Below are positions 26,465 through 35,448 of a stretch of DNA of 40,006 bases, piece after piece. Where the stretch lies: the IMG/VR virus record IMGVR_UViG_3300049913_000010, positions 1 to 40,006 of that record. One strand, written 5' to 3'. The notes beneath the pieces were generated by a model. It was not told where the DNA came from, ran no database searches, and saw only the letters and a program-made list of their open reading frames with translations. The position numbers were made by a program, and so were the translations under genes. The stretch comes from a virus. Its lineage: Duplodnaviria; Caudoviricetes. Positions within the stretch are counted from its first letter, which is position 1; each line of letters starts with the position of its first letter.

Positions 26465-27947
26465 AAAAGATTACCTGATGGCTGGTGAGGCCAGTCTGTG
26501 GGTACAGCCTGACGGCCCCAACACGGAACCAAAGTTCCTGGGTTGCCACATGGTGGGCGACCTGACGGTGCCGAAAGGCGACAAGACCCTGCGCTACTGC
26601 CCGGACCCGGCGCGGGCAGGGAAGTACAAGAAGGCGTTTTCGTTCCGGGGCGAGCCGGGGCCGGTGACGACCTCGATCACCACGTTCCTCAAGAAAACCG
26701 CCGACTGGCTGGAGATCGTCGCCGAGCAGGATTGCCCGGTGGCGGTCTACATCCACAAAGTCACCTGCGGCCGGCGCGACGTGTTCACGAGCTTTGACCG
26801 GTCCTTCGATCTGTACCCGGCGGACATCACCAACGAGAACTACACCGCACTGGCGTCACGCGAGCCGGGAGACGAGGCGCCGAGCGAGTACGCGACAGAC
26901 ATCTCGGGCGACGAGATGTACCGGCCGCGGGCGCTGACCGTGGCCCGGCAGTCGATTGCCGAGACGACCACACTGAACGACATCGCGTTCTGCAACCAGA
27001 AAAAGTGCGCGGACTCGTGCGGCGTAGCGGCCGACCTGGGCGAGTCTGGCTGGGCGGTGGGCGAAGCGCCGTCCGGGAGCCCGGCGGCGCACGCCGATAC
27101 CTGGCACACCTATGACGGCGGTGGGGCCTGGACTTCGCCGGCGGCGCACCCGTTCGACGCGGGTGAGGATCTGATGTCGGAGGTGTGCTTCCAGGTCGGC
27201 AAGGGCACGACCCGCAAGCTGGTGGCCAGGGAAGCCGATCCGGCCAACCCGATGGAGATCGCCTACTCGGACGATGACGGCGCGACCTGGACCCGCGTCA
27301 CCGTGGGCACGGTCGTCAACCAGGGGGCGATGGGCCAGGGGGCGCTGTTCGCCCTGGACATGTACCACATCTGGCTGGTCGTGAATGACGGCTACATCTT
27401 CTTTTCCGGCGACGGCGGCCTGACCTGGACGCCGCAGGAGGAGGGGGTGGCCACAGTTCAGGACCTGTGGGCCGTGTGGTTCTCGGACGAGAACAACGGC
27501 CTGGCCGTCGGCGCGGCCGGCGTGGTACTCTACACGATCGACGGCGGCACGACCTGGAGCGTCGGGGGGATCCCGGTGGCGGCCATCCTGGGCTGCGTGA
27601 CCGACAATGCCGGCGGGGCGATCTGGTGGGTTGGCGCATCGTGCGGCGACCTATACTTCTCCAATGACCAGGGGCTGACGTGGGCGCAGCGGGCATTCGG
27701 CGAGGATGGAGTGGGAAGCGTCCGTGATATCCAGTTCTCCAGCCCGCTCGACGGCTTTATGATCCACGACAATGCCACCCTGGTTGGCGCGGTGTGGCAG
27801 ACGATCGACGGCGGCTACGACTGGTCAAAGTTGACCACGCCGACCAACACTGGCCTGCGCGCGCTGGCAGTGCTGTCAGAGAATCTAGCCTTCGCCGTCG
27901 GCAGGCCGAGCGGGGGAACTGCCGTCGTGCTCAAGGTGTCTGGATAA
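26457..27947 (+). CDS. Major tail tube protein with C-terminal Asp-box (BNR) beta-propeller
   Basis: GGAGG RBS; position before chaperone and tape measure; six Asp-box motifs (TYDGGGAW, SDDDGATW, SGDGGLTW, TIDGGTTW, SNDQGLTW, TIDGGYDW). Confidence 0.7.
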   Translation: MAKKDYLMAGEASLWVQPDGPNTEPKFLGCHMVGDLTVPKGDKTLRYCPDPARAGKYKKAFSFRGEPGPVTTSITTFLKKTADWLEIVAEQDCPVAVYIHKVTCGRRDVFTSFDRSFDLYPADITNENYTALASREPGDEAPSEYATDISGDEMYRPRALTVARQSIAETTTLNDIAFCNQKKCADSCGVAADLGESGWAVGEAPSGSPAAHADTWHTYDGGGAWTSPAAHPFDAGEDLMSEVCFQVGKGTTRKLVAREADPANPMEIAYSDDDGATWTRVTVGTVVNQGAMGQGALFALDMYHIWLVVNDGYIFFSGDGGLTWTPQEEGVATVQDLWAVWFSDENNGLAVGAAGVVLYTIDGGTTWSVGGIPVAAILGCVTDNAGGAIWWVGASCGDLYFSNDQGLTWAQRAFGEDGVGSVRDIQFSSPLDGFMIHDNATLVGAVWQTIDGGYDWSKLTTPTNTGLRALAVLSENLAFAVGRPSGGTAVVLKVSG

Positions 27948-28044
27948 CCGGGAATCGCCCGGCCAGAATAGGCCCGGCGGGGCGGGGTGGTCCCCCTTCC
28001 TCGTCCTGCCGGGCCGACAAGTCCCGGCATCGTTGTGCCGGGAC
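27948..28044 (+). other. Three tandem GC-rich hairpins after the major tail gene
   Basis: CCGGG..CCCGG; GGCCCGGCGGGGCGGGG..CCTCGTCCTGCCGGGCC; GTCCCGGCA..TGCCGGGAC. Confidence 0.6.
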
Positions 28045-28055
28045 AAGGGGGGGAT

Positions 28056-28625
28056 ATGACAGAGATCGTAACCAAAGACGGGCGAGCGATCCCGCTGCGC
28101 CCGGTCGGCAGGCGGTACGTCGAGCAGATCATGGCGAAGCACCCTGTCCCAGACGCACCGACTTATACGGCGACTATAGCGGGCGGGGAGACCCAGACCT
28201 TTCCACACGACGAGACGACGCTGAACACGCCGGAGGAGTGGGCGGCCTGGCGCAAATACGAGGCGGACAAGGCGCAAGCCATCTCGGCCATGTGGGGTGC
28301 GGTGTCCGAGTTCCTGATCTGTCGGTGCGTGGTCCTGAGCCCGCCGCCGGTCGAGCAGTGGAGCATCGACTTTGCCGAGTGGGGGCTGACCCCGCCGGAC
28401 GCCTCCGATCCCAAGGCCCTCAAGGTTTTCTGGGTCGAGAACGAGCTGGTCCCCGACCCGGACGATCAGGGGGCGCTCATGGGCGAGTTGTACCGCATGG
28501 GCGGCATCGTCGCGGACGGAAAGGTCAAGGAGTTCGAGGCATTTTTTCGGCTTACGCTGGCGCGGCTTACCTCTGGAAAATCAGGAAGTGCTGCTGCCGG
28601 CGGATCTGCGGGTGCGGGGGCTTGA
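28056..28625 (+). CDS. Tail assembly chaperone (gpG-like)
   Basis: Between the tail tube and tape measure; ATG 28056 after a G-rich RBS. Confidence 0.7.
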   Translation: MTEIVTKDGRAIPLRPVGRRYVEQIMAKHPVPDAPTYTATIAGGETQTFPHDETTLNTPEEWAAWRKYEADKAQAISAMWGAVSEFLICRCVVLSPPPVEQWSIDFAEWGLTPPDASDPKALKVFWVENELVPDPDDQGALMGELYRMGGIVADGKVKEFEAFFRLTLARLTSGKSGSAAAGGSAGAGA

Positions 28626-28818
28626 GGGAGGAACGGGCACCTATGAACGGGCGATGTGCGCGTGGGATGTCGGACAGAGCCTGCCAGAGTTCGAGGCCAG
28701 GCCACAGGACCAGCAAGATTGGCTCCTGGCGATCTGGCGCACCAAAGGCAAGCTCGACCGCATCCGGGCGATTGACGCGCGCAAGCCGGGGCGGACGGGG
28801 ATAGAACAAAGTGACTGA
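28546..28818 (+). CDS. Frameshift extension of the tail chaperone (gpT-like), +1 frame
   Basis: Frame FGLRWRGLPLENQEVLL...EFEARPQDQQDWLLAIWRTK... reachable at TTT TTT CGG (28542-28550); ends overlapping the tape measure start. Confidence 0.55.
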   Translation, partial: FGLRWRGLPLENQEVLLPADLRVRGLEGGTGTYERAMCAWDVGQSLPEFEARPQDQQDWLLAIWRTKGKLDRIRAIDARKPGRTGIEQSD

Positions 28819-31786
28819 GAAAATCGGCCTAGCCGCGATCTTCCAGGATCAGGGCTTCACTGCTGGCATAACCAAATATAACACCCAGGTACAACAGGCC
28901 ACCACGGAAACCGAGAGGCTGGCAGCCGCCACGTATTCTAAGTTGGCCCCCGGAACGCAGTTTGCCGGCGACAAGTTGTCTACCATGACCCTCGATACCA
29001 GCGGGGCTCACCAGGCGCTTGACGAATTGAAGGGGTCCACAGAGCAGACTGCCGGCGGAATGAAAATGCTCACTATGTCAACGGTCGCCTCCGTCGCTGC
29101 CGTCGGGGGAATGGTTGCGGCGGCAATCGGGACCGCCATCGCCCTGATCAAGATGGGCTCCGAGATAGAGCGGACCCAGAACGCCTATGATGACCTGACC
29201 GCGCGGATCGGGGTAGACTCGGACGCGATGCTGGCGGCGGCGGACAAGGCAGCCGGCGGCACAGTCGAAGATCACCGGATCATGCAGGCCGCCAACAAAC
29301 TGATGGCCTCCGGGGTGCAACTGAGCGCGGCGGACATGGCGACCGCGCTCGAGCTGGCCCGGCTGAAGGCACACCAGTTCGGGATCACCACGGAGGAGGC
29401 GTTCAACAAGATCGTGGCCGCCTCGCAGAAAGGCGCGTCCAGGGGGATTCGGGACATCGGCATCTATGTCAATATGTCCGATGCTATGGACGCCACCGCC
29501 GAAAGTTTGGGTGGCCTGGCCGGACAGCAGGCGGAATCGGAGCGGGCAACGGCGGCCTGGACCGCCATTATAGCCGAGGGACGGCGGCAACTGGCAGAGT
29601 ATGGTCCGGTCGTGAGCGACACGGCGGACAACTTTGAGAGATTCGACGCCAATGTAAAGGAGGTCAAGGACTCTGTAGGGGCAGCGGCGGTCACGGCATC
29701 TGGAACCGCTGACAAGATAGTGGTGATGGCAGAGGCGGCCATGTCCTGGGTCGGGGCGGCTATCTCTGGCAAGAACGCGGGCGACGCCTTCAACGAAACC
29801 ATGCTGCGCGGGGCCGGGGCGTCGGATGCGGAGGTCGAAGCCTGGAAGCGGTCCAACGTCGTCGTGCAAGAAACCGTGTTCTGGATGTCTACTGAGTTGG
29901 CGATCAGGCAGGGCCTGTTAGCACTCCAGCAGAAAAGCATCGACATGGCCGGGCAGGAAGGGATCGCCCTCAAGGGACTCGCCGCCGCAGAGGACCTGAT
30001 GGTGCAAAGCGGAAACGCACTCCTGGTCGCAGGAAAGGTGGAAGAAAAGAAGGCGGATATTGCCGCCAAGGCCGCGCAGGACATCATAAAGGCGCAGGAC
30101 AAGGCGGATGCGGACATCTCCAAAGCAAACGCCGATCTGGCCGGCGACCTGTCAAGGCTGTGGTCCGATTACACCGCCAAACGCGCGTCTCTCATGCAAG
30201 ACATTGCCAACGTAGATGCCAAGCTGGCGGCAGACCTGCTGGCCCTGGAAGTCAAGGCCGCCGCCGACCGCGAGAAACTTCACACCGATATGCTGCGGGC
30301 GATGGAGGACGCGGAGCAGGCCTACAACCAGGCCGTGACTGATGCGAACACAGACCTGAACCGCGACCTGGAAAAGATGACCATCGACTATCGCCAGAAG
30401 CGGGAAGACCTCCTCACGGACCTGAGCCGCGACATGGAAAAGATGGAGGCCGACCACCTGACCAAACTCGCGGACATGCAGGCCAAACACCTGGCCGATG
30501 CGGCAAGCATGGAGGCCGACCACCTGGCCGACATGGCGGCGCTGAACCAGGACTACCAGGAGAAGCTGCTGTCCATAGAACAGCGGTACGCCGACGAGCG
30601 GGCCTCGATAGAAGCAAAGTACAGACTGAGCCCGGCAGAGGATACGAGCAAGGCCAGGGACGCACAGCGCGAGACCTTACTTGAGGAACTGCGGGGATTG
30701 CAGGATCGCATCCGTCAAGGCGACGTGTGGGCGCGGGTCAAGGCCGATGCCATTCAGAAGCAACTCGACGAGCTGAAGGCTCAGGAGATTGCAGAACTGG
30801 ATGCCCGCAAACAAGCCGAGATTGACGAGCTGAACAAGTGGCTTGGCGCGGAGCAAGCAGCCCGCGATGCCGCATACGTGGCAGCGCAGGTCGCAGCTGA
30901 GGCCGATTATCAGGCGCAACTGGCCGCCGAACAGACAGTGTACCAGGCGCAGCGAACAGCACGGCAGACGCAGTACGAGGAGCAGCTTGCCGATGCCCGC
31001 ACCCAGTACGAGCGGGAAAAGGCTGACAGGCAGGCGGCATATCAGCAGGAGATTGCCGACCTGGCGCTGAAACTGCAACGGGCGAGAGAGGATGCCCAGG
31101 CAGCATACGCGCAGCGGCTCGCGGATCTGGATGTTCAACTGGCCGCCGAAAAGGCCAGGCTGGATCTCCAGGCCACAGAGGACAAAGCGCGGCTGGCGCA
31201 GCAGTTGGCCGACGAGCAGGCGAGCTATGAGTCCAGGGCCTACCAGCTACAGCAGGCCAACGCCGCCAGGATTGCCGAGATCACGCGATCGATGGAAGAG
31301 GAACGGCTGAGGATTCGCACCGAGGCGCAGCAGTCCGTGATAGACTACATCGACCAGATCAAGGGACTCGGGCCAGCCGCCCGGCAACTGCTGCTCGACC
31401 AGGCAGCCAACGACCTGCAACCGGCCCTCGACGACTGGGTGCGCAGGTTCGCCGAGTCGGGCGCCGCCGCTGCCAAGGCGGTAATGGACGCCATAGGCTC
31501 CCTGACCCACTCGCCTCCGCCGTGGGCAATCAAGGTCGGGGCGGACATTGCGCGGGGCCTGGACATCGGGCTCGGGGGCCTGAATATGAAAGGCTTGGCC
31601 GCCGGCCTGCAGGCCAACATCGGAGGGACAAGCCTGGACCTGGGCCGGCAGATGATCGGGGCGGGCAATACCACCAACAACTCGGTCGCCAATACCCGCA
31701 ACTATAACCTGCACGCCAACTTCCCGCCGGGGTATTCCTACCCGGACCTGAAAAGCGCCTTCAGGCTGATGGAGATGACCGGATAA
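28811..31786 (+). CDS. Tape measure protein
   Basis: 991 aa, Ala-rich, long coiled coil with roughly 11-residue periodicity; C-terminal HSPP motif; synteny. Confidence 0.9.
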   Translation: MTEKIGLAAIFQDQGFTAGITKYNTQVQQATTETERLAAATYSKLAPGTQFAGDKLSTMTLDTSGAHQALDELKGSTEQTAGGMKMLTMSTVASVAAVGGMVAAAIGTAIALIKMGSEIERTQNAYDDLTARIGVDSDAMLAAADKAAGGTVEDHRIMQAANKLMASGVQLSAADMATALELARLKAHQFGITTEEAFNKIVAASQKGASRGIRDIGIYVNMSDAMDATAESLGGLAGQQAESERATAAWTAIIAEGRRQLAEYGPVVSDTADNFERFDANVKEVKDSVGAAAVTASGTADKIVVMAEAAMSWVGAAISGKNAGDAFNETMLRGAGASDAEVEAWKRSNVVVQETVFWMSTELAIRQGLLALQQKSIDMAGQEGIALKGLAAAEDLMVQSGNALLVAGKVEEKKADIAAKAAQDIIKAQDKADADISKANADLAGDLSRLWSDYTAKRASLMQDIANVDAKLAADLLALEVKAAADREKLHTDMLRAMEDAEQAYNQAVTDANTDLNRDLEKMTIDYRQKREDLLTDLSRDMEKMEADHLTKLADMQAKHLADAASMEADHLADMAALNQDYQEKLLSIEQRYADERASIEAKYRLSPAEDTSKARDAQRETLLEELRGLQDRIRQGDVWARVKADAIQKQLDELKAQEIAELDARKQAEIDELNKWLGAEQAARDAAYVAAQVAAEADYQAQLAAEQTVYQAQRTARQTQYEEQLADARTQYEREKADRQAAYQQEIADLALKLQRAREDAQAAYAQRLADLDVQLAAEKARLDLQATEDKARLAQQLADEQASYESRAYQLQQANAARIAEITRSMEEERLRIRTEAQQSVIDYIDQIKGLGPAARQLLLDQAANDLQPALDDWVRRFAESGAAAAKAVMDAIGSLTHSPPPWAIKVGADIARGLDIGLGGLNMKGLAAGLQANIGGTSLDLGRQMIGAGNTTNNSVANTRNYNLHANFPPGYSYPDLKSAFRLMEMTG

Positions 31787-32745
31787 TGCCAACAATCGAA
31801 GGCTGGTGGGAGTTAGAGACGGCCTATGGCGACATCTGGCAACTGGCCTGGCCGTCTGCTGGAATCCAGCGCATCGCCGGGATGGGCCTGCCGCCTGCCG
31901 AGTATGCCGCACAGAAGGCGCCGGGGCAGCATGGTTCGTCGCACCTGGGCTATGCGCTGAACGACCGCACGATCCAACTGTCCCTGCTGTGGCGGGGCGG
32001 GAGTATCGAATGCCTGCGCGACCGGCGCAAGGTCGATGTCTACCCCCACATCGGCTATCTGTACGCGCCGTTCATCCTGCGCCACAAGGGACTGGACGGG
32101 TTCATCCGGGAATTGCACGACTGTTGGTATGCCGGGGGCCTGGAGCGGGACAGTGACGCAATCGACGACATTGCCAAGGGCGAGACGGTCGCCATTCAAC
32201 TCCTCGTCCGAGACCCGGTATGGTTTGACCCGACCGTCCGATCCTACACGGTGAATACGGCGCTGCTACTGACCGGCGATGAACTGATATTCGACACACC
32301 CGCCGGGATAGCGGGGCCAACGACCATTTTCAGCACACCCAACTACCTGACCTTCGGATCTAGCAGCATCAGCGTGACACTGGGGGCCGGACAGATTGCC
32401 ACGCTGGGGGATTGGTACACTTTCCCGCGCATCGTCGTCATTGGACCGGCGAATCAGTTTGAGATCGAGAATATCACGGCGGGCTACACGATCACCTTCG
32501 ACTACTACATTGCCGCCGGGGAGACCGTTACTTTTGACTTGCGTTATGGCTACAAGACGGTCACGAACCAGATCGGCACGAATCTGGTCGGCTACGTGCC
32601 GGCCACTGACGACCTGGCAAACTTTTGTCTGTGGCCCGTGCCATTGGCGGCGCTGGGCCGAAACACCATCCGGCTGTTTGCCGGCGGGGTGTCCAGTGCG
32701 ACCAGGATTGCCATTAGCTGGTATGACCGCTATCAGGGGATATAA
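31786..32745 (+). CDS. Distal tail protein (Dit)
   Basis: Directly after the TMP; GMGLPP, DPVWFDP, GDWYTFPRIVVIGP, GRNTIR, WYDRYQGI motifs typical of siphovirus Dit. Confidence 0.8.
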   Translation: MPTIEGWWELETAYGDIWQLAWPSAGIQRIAGMGLPPAEYAAQKAPGQHGSSHLGYALNDRTIQLSLLWRGGSIECLRDRRKVDVYPHIGYLYAPFILRHKGLDGFIRELHDCWYAGGLERDSDAIDDIAKGETVAIQLLVRDPVWFDPTVRSYTVNTALLLTGDELIFDTPAGIAGPTTIFSTPNYLTFGSSSISVTLGAGQIATLGDWYTFPRIVVIGPANQFEIENITAGYTITFDYYIAAGETVTFDLRYGYKTVTNQIGTNLVGYVPATDDLANFCLWPVPLAALGRNTIRLFAGGVSSATRIAISWYDRYQGI

Positions 32746-32748
32746 GAT

Positions 32749-34101
32749 ATGTCAGACTTAGTAACTTTGACAGGAAATAGTAGGCCGTGGGGCGGTCAAA
32801 CCCCGACAAGTCCGGGCGACTGTGGTCCCTACACCGATGGCCAGTGGCGGGCAATCTGGCGCACCCTGTTCGACGGGACCCTCAACCGGGGGCCGCTGCT
32901 GCGCTTCGGCGGCGAGTGGGAAGTAGTGCAGACCGGGGCCGGGGCTATGTCGGTTGACGTGCAAGACGGGGCCGGAATTATCGACGGCGAGTGGGCGCAG
33001 AGTATAGCCGACACGACCCTAGACGTGGCAGCCAACGCATCGGGCATGACCCGCTACGACCTGGTATTCGCCTACTGGGACACCGCCTCGCAGACGACCA
33101 AACTGCGGATCGTGGACGGCGTGCCGGGGGCGGGGATCTGCCCGGTGGTCACGACCTACCAGGTGGCGGGGGTGTCGTGGGCCGTTCCCCTGGCCTGTGT
33201 TCGGGTCACGAACGGGGCGGCATCCATCGTCAACGCTGACATCACCGATACCCGCGAGTTCTGCCAGTTCAGGTTCAGCCCGGCGGAGATGGTGGACGGC
33301 GTGACGATTGACACCACGGCGGCAGGGCTAATGGAGGTAGCCGATGCCGGGGTGGATGAGAACAAGCTGACTGCCAGCGTAGCCGGGGCAGGATTGACAG
33401 GCGGCGCGGGCGCCCCACTGGCGGTCAACCCCGACGGCTTGACGATAGAAGCCGTGGCGGACGCGGTGCGGATTGCAGCCACGGCAGCAGGGGCCGGCCT
33501 GACCGGGGGCGGGGCTGCGGCGCTGGCCGTCAATGTGGACGCCGCGACCATTGTCATCGTGGGCGACACCTTGCAGGTGGGGGCCATCACCGCCGCGAAC
33601 ATCGCCGACCGGACGCGCACCTGTTGGCTCGGGGCGAGCCAGCTTCACGATACGGCGACTGATCCGCCGGCGTGGGATGCCATTGGGGCGCAGCCGGACT
33701 GTGCCGAAGGCTGGATTTGCCCGACAAACGTGGATCGGTACGTCGTGGGCCACTGGGCTGTCCCTGCGGACTTTGTTACCGGCGCCGTGTCAGTGAAAAT
33801 CGTCTGGTCGCACACGTCGGGCGGGGCAGAGGTATGTCGCCTGATGCTCACCTACATCGACGCTTTCGGCTGTGGCGAGATGCTGACCGGGGGCACCACG
33901 TCGCTGATAGACGACTTTAACGCGGTGGCCGCGGATGCCAACAAGCGAATGTGCTCCATACTCAGCAGCACGATCATTGGAGTCGTTCCCGGCGACATGA
34001 TCGACTTTACCGTTGGGCGCAACGGGAACCACGCCAACGACACGCTGGCCGGGGATGCCGTTCTCCTGGGCGTTGAGTTCTCCTACGTGGCGGATATGTG
34101 A
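32749..34101 (+). CDS. Baseplate/tail fibre protein, paralog 1
   Basis: N-terminal baseplate-attachment-like domain (RYDLV...VPLACVRV..GA..I...DITDTR); Gly/Ala-rich shaft repeats AGAGLTGG. Confidence 0.7.
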   Translation: MSDLVTLTGNSRPWGGQTPTSPGDCGPYTDGQWRAIWRTLFDGTLNRGPLLRFGGEWEVVQTGAGAMSVDVQDGAGIIDGEWAQSIADTTLDVAANASGMTRYDLVFAYWDTASQTTKLRIVDGVPGAGICPVVTTYQVAGVSWAVPLACVRVTNGAASIVNADITDTREFCQFRFSPAEMVDGVTIDTTAAGLMEVADAGVDENKLTASVAGAGLTGGAGAPLAVNPDGLTIEAVADAVRIAATAAGAGLTGGGAAALAVNVDAATIVIVGDTLQVGAITAANIADRTRTCWLGASQLHDTATDPPAWDAIGAQPDCAEGWICPTNVDRYVVGHWAVPADFVTGAVSVKIVWSHTSGGAEVCRLMLTYIDAFGCGEMLTGGTTSLIDDFNAVAADANKRMCSILSSTIIGVVPGDMIDFTVGRNGNHANDTLAGDAVLLGVEFSYVADM

Positions 34102-34102
34102 C

Positions 34103-35448
34103 ATGAGCGATTCAGCGGTAATCGTCAGCCGGCCGTGGGGCAACCTGCCCTCCTACACCGACGCGGAGTGGCACGAGGTCTATGCCTCGCTGTTCGACGG
34201 AGACGTAGATCAAGGGCCGCTGTTCCGGTACGGCAATGACCTGGAGGTGACGCCGGGCGCGGGGATGTCCATCGTGATCGGGACGGGAGCAGGGCTCATT
34301 ACCGGACTGTGGTTTGAGAATGTCGCAGCTCGGACACTGGCTGTTTCCCCCAACGCAACGGCCTTTACTCGCTATGACTTAGTATTCGCTCACTGGACGC
34401 GGGCCACCCAGGTTGTCAACCTTCGGATCGTGAATGGTACACCGGGGGCCGGGTCGTGCGATCCGGTTTCACTCTACCAGGTTGCCGGACCACCGATCAG
34501 CGAGTGGGCCATTCCGCTAGCCTGCGTTGAGGTTAAGCCAGGGGCAGTGTCTATCACTGCTGGGGACATTACCGACCTACGCGACTTTTGTACCTACAAG
34601 ACCGACGTTGACGCCGTTGTGGACGGCGCGACCATCGACGACAGCGCGGCTCACGAGGTCTACATCCTCGGCAATTCCATCGACGAGAACAAGCTGGCGG
34701 CCTCCGTTGCGGGGGCCGGGCTAGTCGGGGGGGCCGGGGCGGCGCTGGATGTCAACCCCGGCTTTGGCCTGGAGATAGTCGGCAATCAGCTTCGCATCGC
34801 GGCGACCACTGCCGGAAATGGCCTGAGTGGAGGGGGCGGCGCGGCGCTGGACGTGAATGTAGACGGCACGACGATAGAGATCGTCGCCGACAAGCTCCAG
34901 GTCGCCGCCGACGCGGTTGACGCCGCAGACCTCCCGGACAGGGTTCGGCGTCTGTGGATTGGCGCGAATGAAATGCACGTCCTACAGGCCGCGCCGATGA
35001 CGTGGGGGCGCTGGCCGGGCATCCCCCGGAGGCGGAGGGCTGGATATTCCCGACCGGCGCTGACAACTTCGTGGTCTGTTCTTTCGATATGCCGATGGAC
35101 TTTTACCTGTCCAGTCCACAGGGGTATATCACTTTCGTCTGGGCGCACATCTATGCCGGGGCCGGGACGTTTACCGTCCGTTGGAAGTTCATCTACTCAT
35201 TTAACAAAGCCTGCGGATCGTTGCTCACCGCCGGCCCGTTACAAGGGTGGGCCGTCGCTACCGGTGCGGTCACGGCGGCAACGAAAGACCTGCGACAGTG
35301 CAAGAAATCTGGCGACCAGGTGACGGGCCTTGCGCCACAGTACCACATCACAATGAAGTTGGGGCGCGAGGGGATCAACCCCGGCGACAACTATGCCGGC
35401 GACGTGGCGCTGCTCGGGTGTTACTTTGATTACGTGGCGGATATGTAG
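34103..35448 (+). CDS. Baseplate/tail fibre protein, paralog 2, with a 1-nt frameshift at G5 35004-35008
   Basis: Colinear with paralog 1; homology switches frame at TGGGGGCG; the downstream frame ends YVADM like paralog 1. Confidence 0.7.

Noticed and set aside
27794-28804. 336-aa ORF as a gene or as the -1 frameshift product of the chaperone
   Set aside because: Arg/Gly-rich off-frame sequence spanning a hairpin region; the +1 frame is more protein-like and is coupled to the tape measure.
30340-30560. Direct repeats such as ATGGAGGCCGACCACCTG as a CRISPR-like or regulatory array
   Set aside because: In-frame coding repeats of the tape measure coiled coil.
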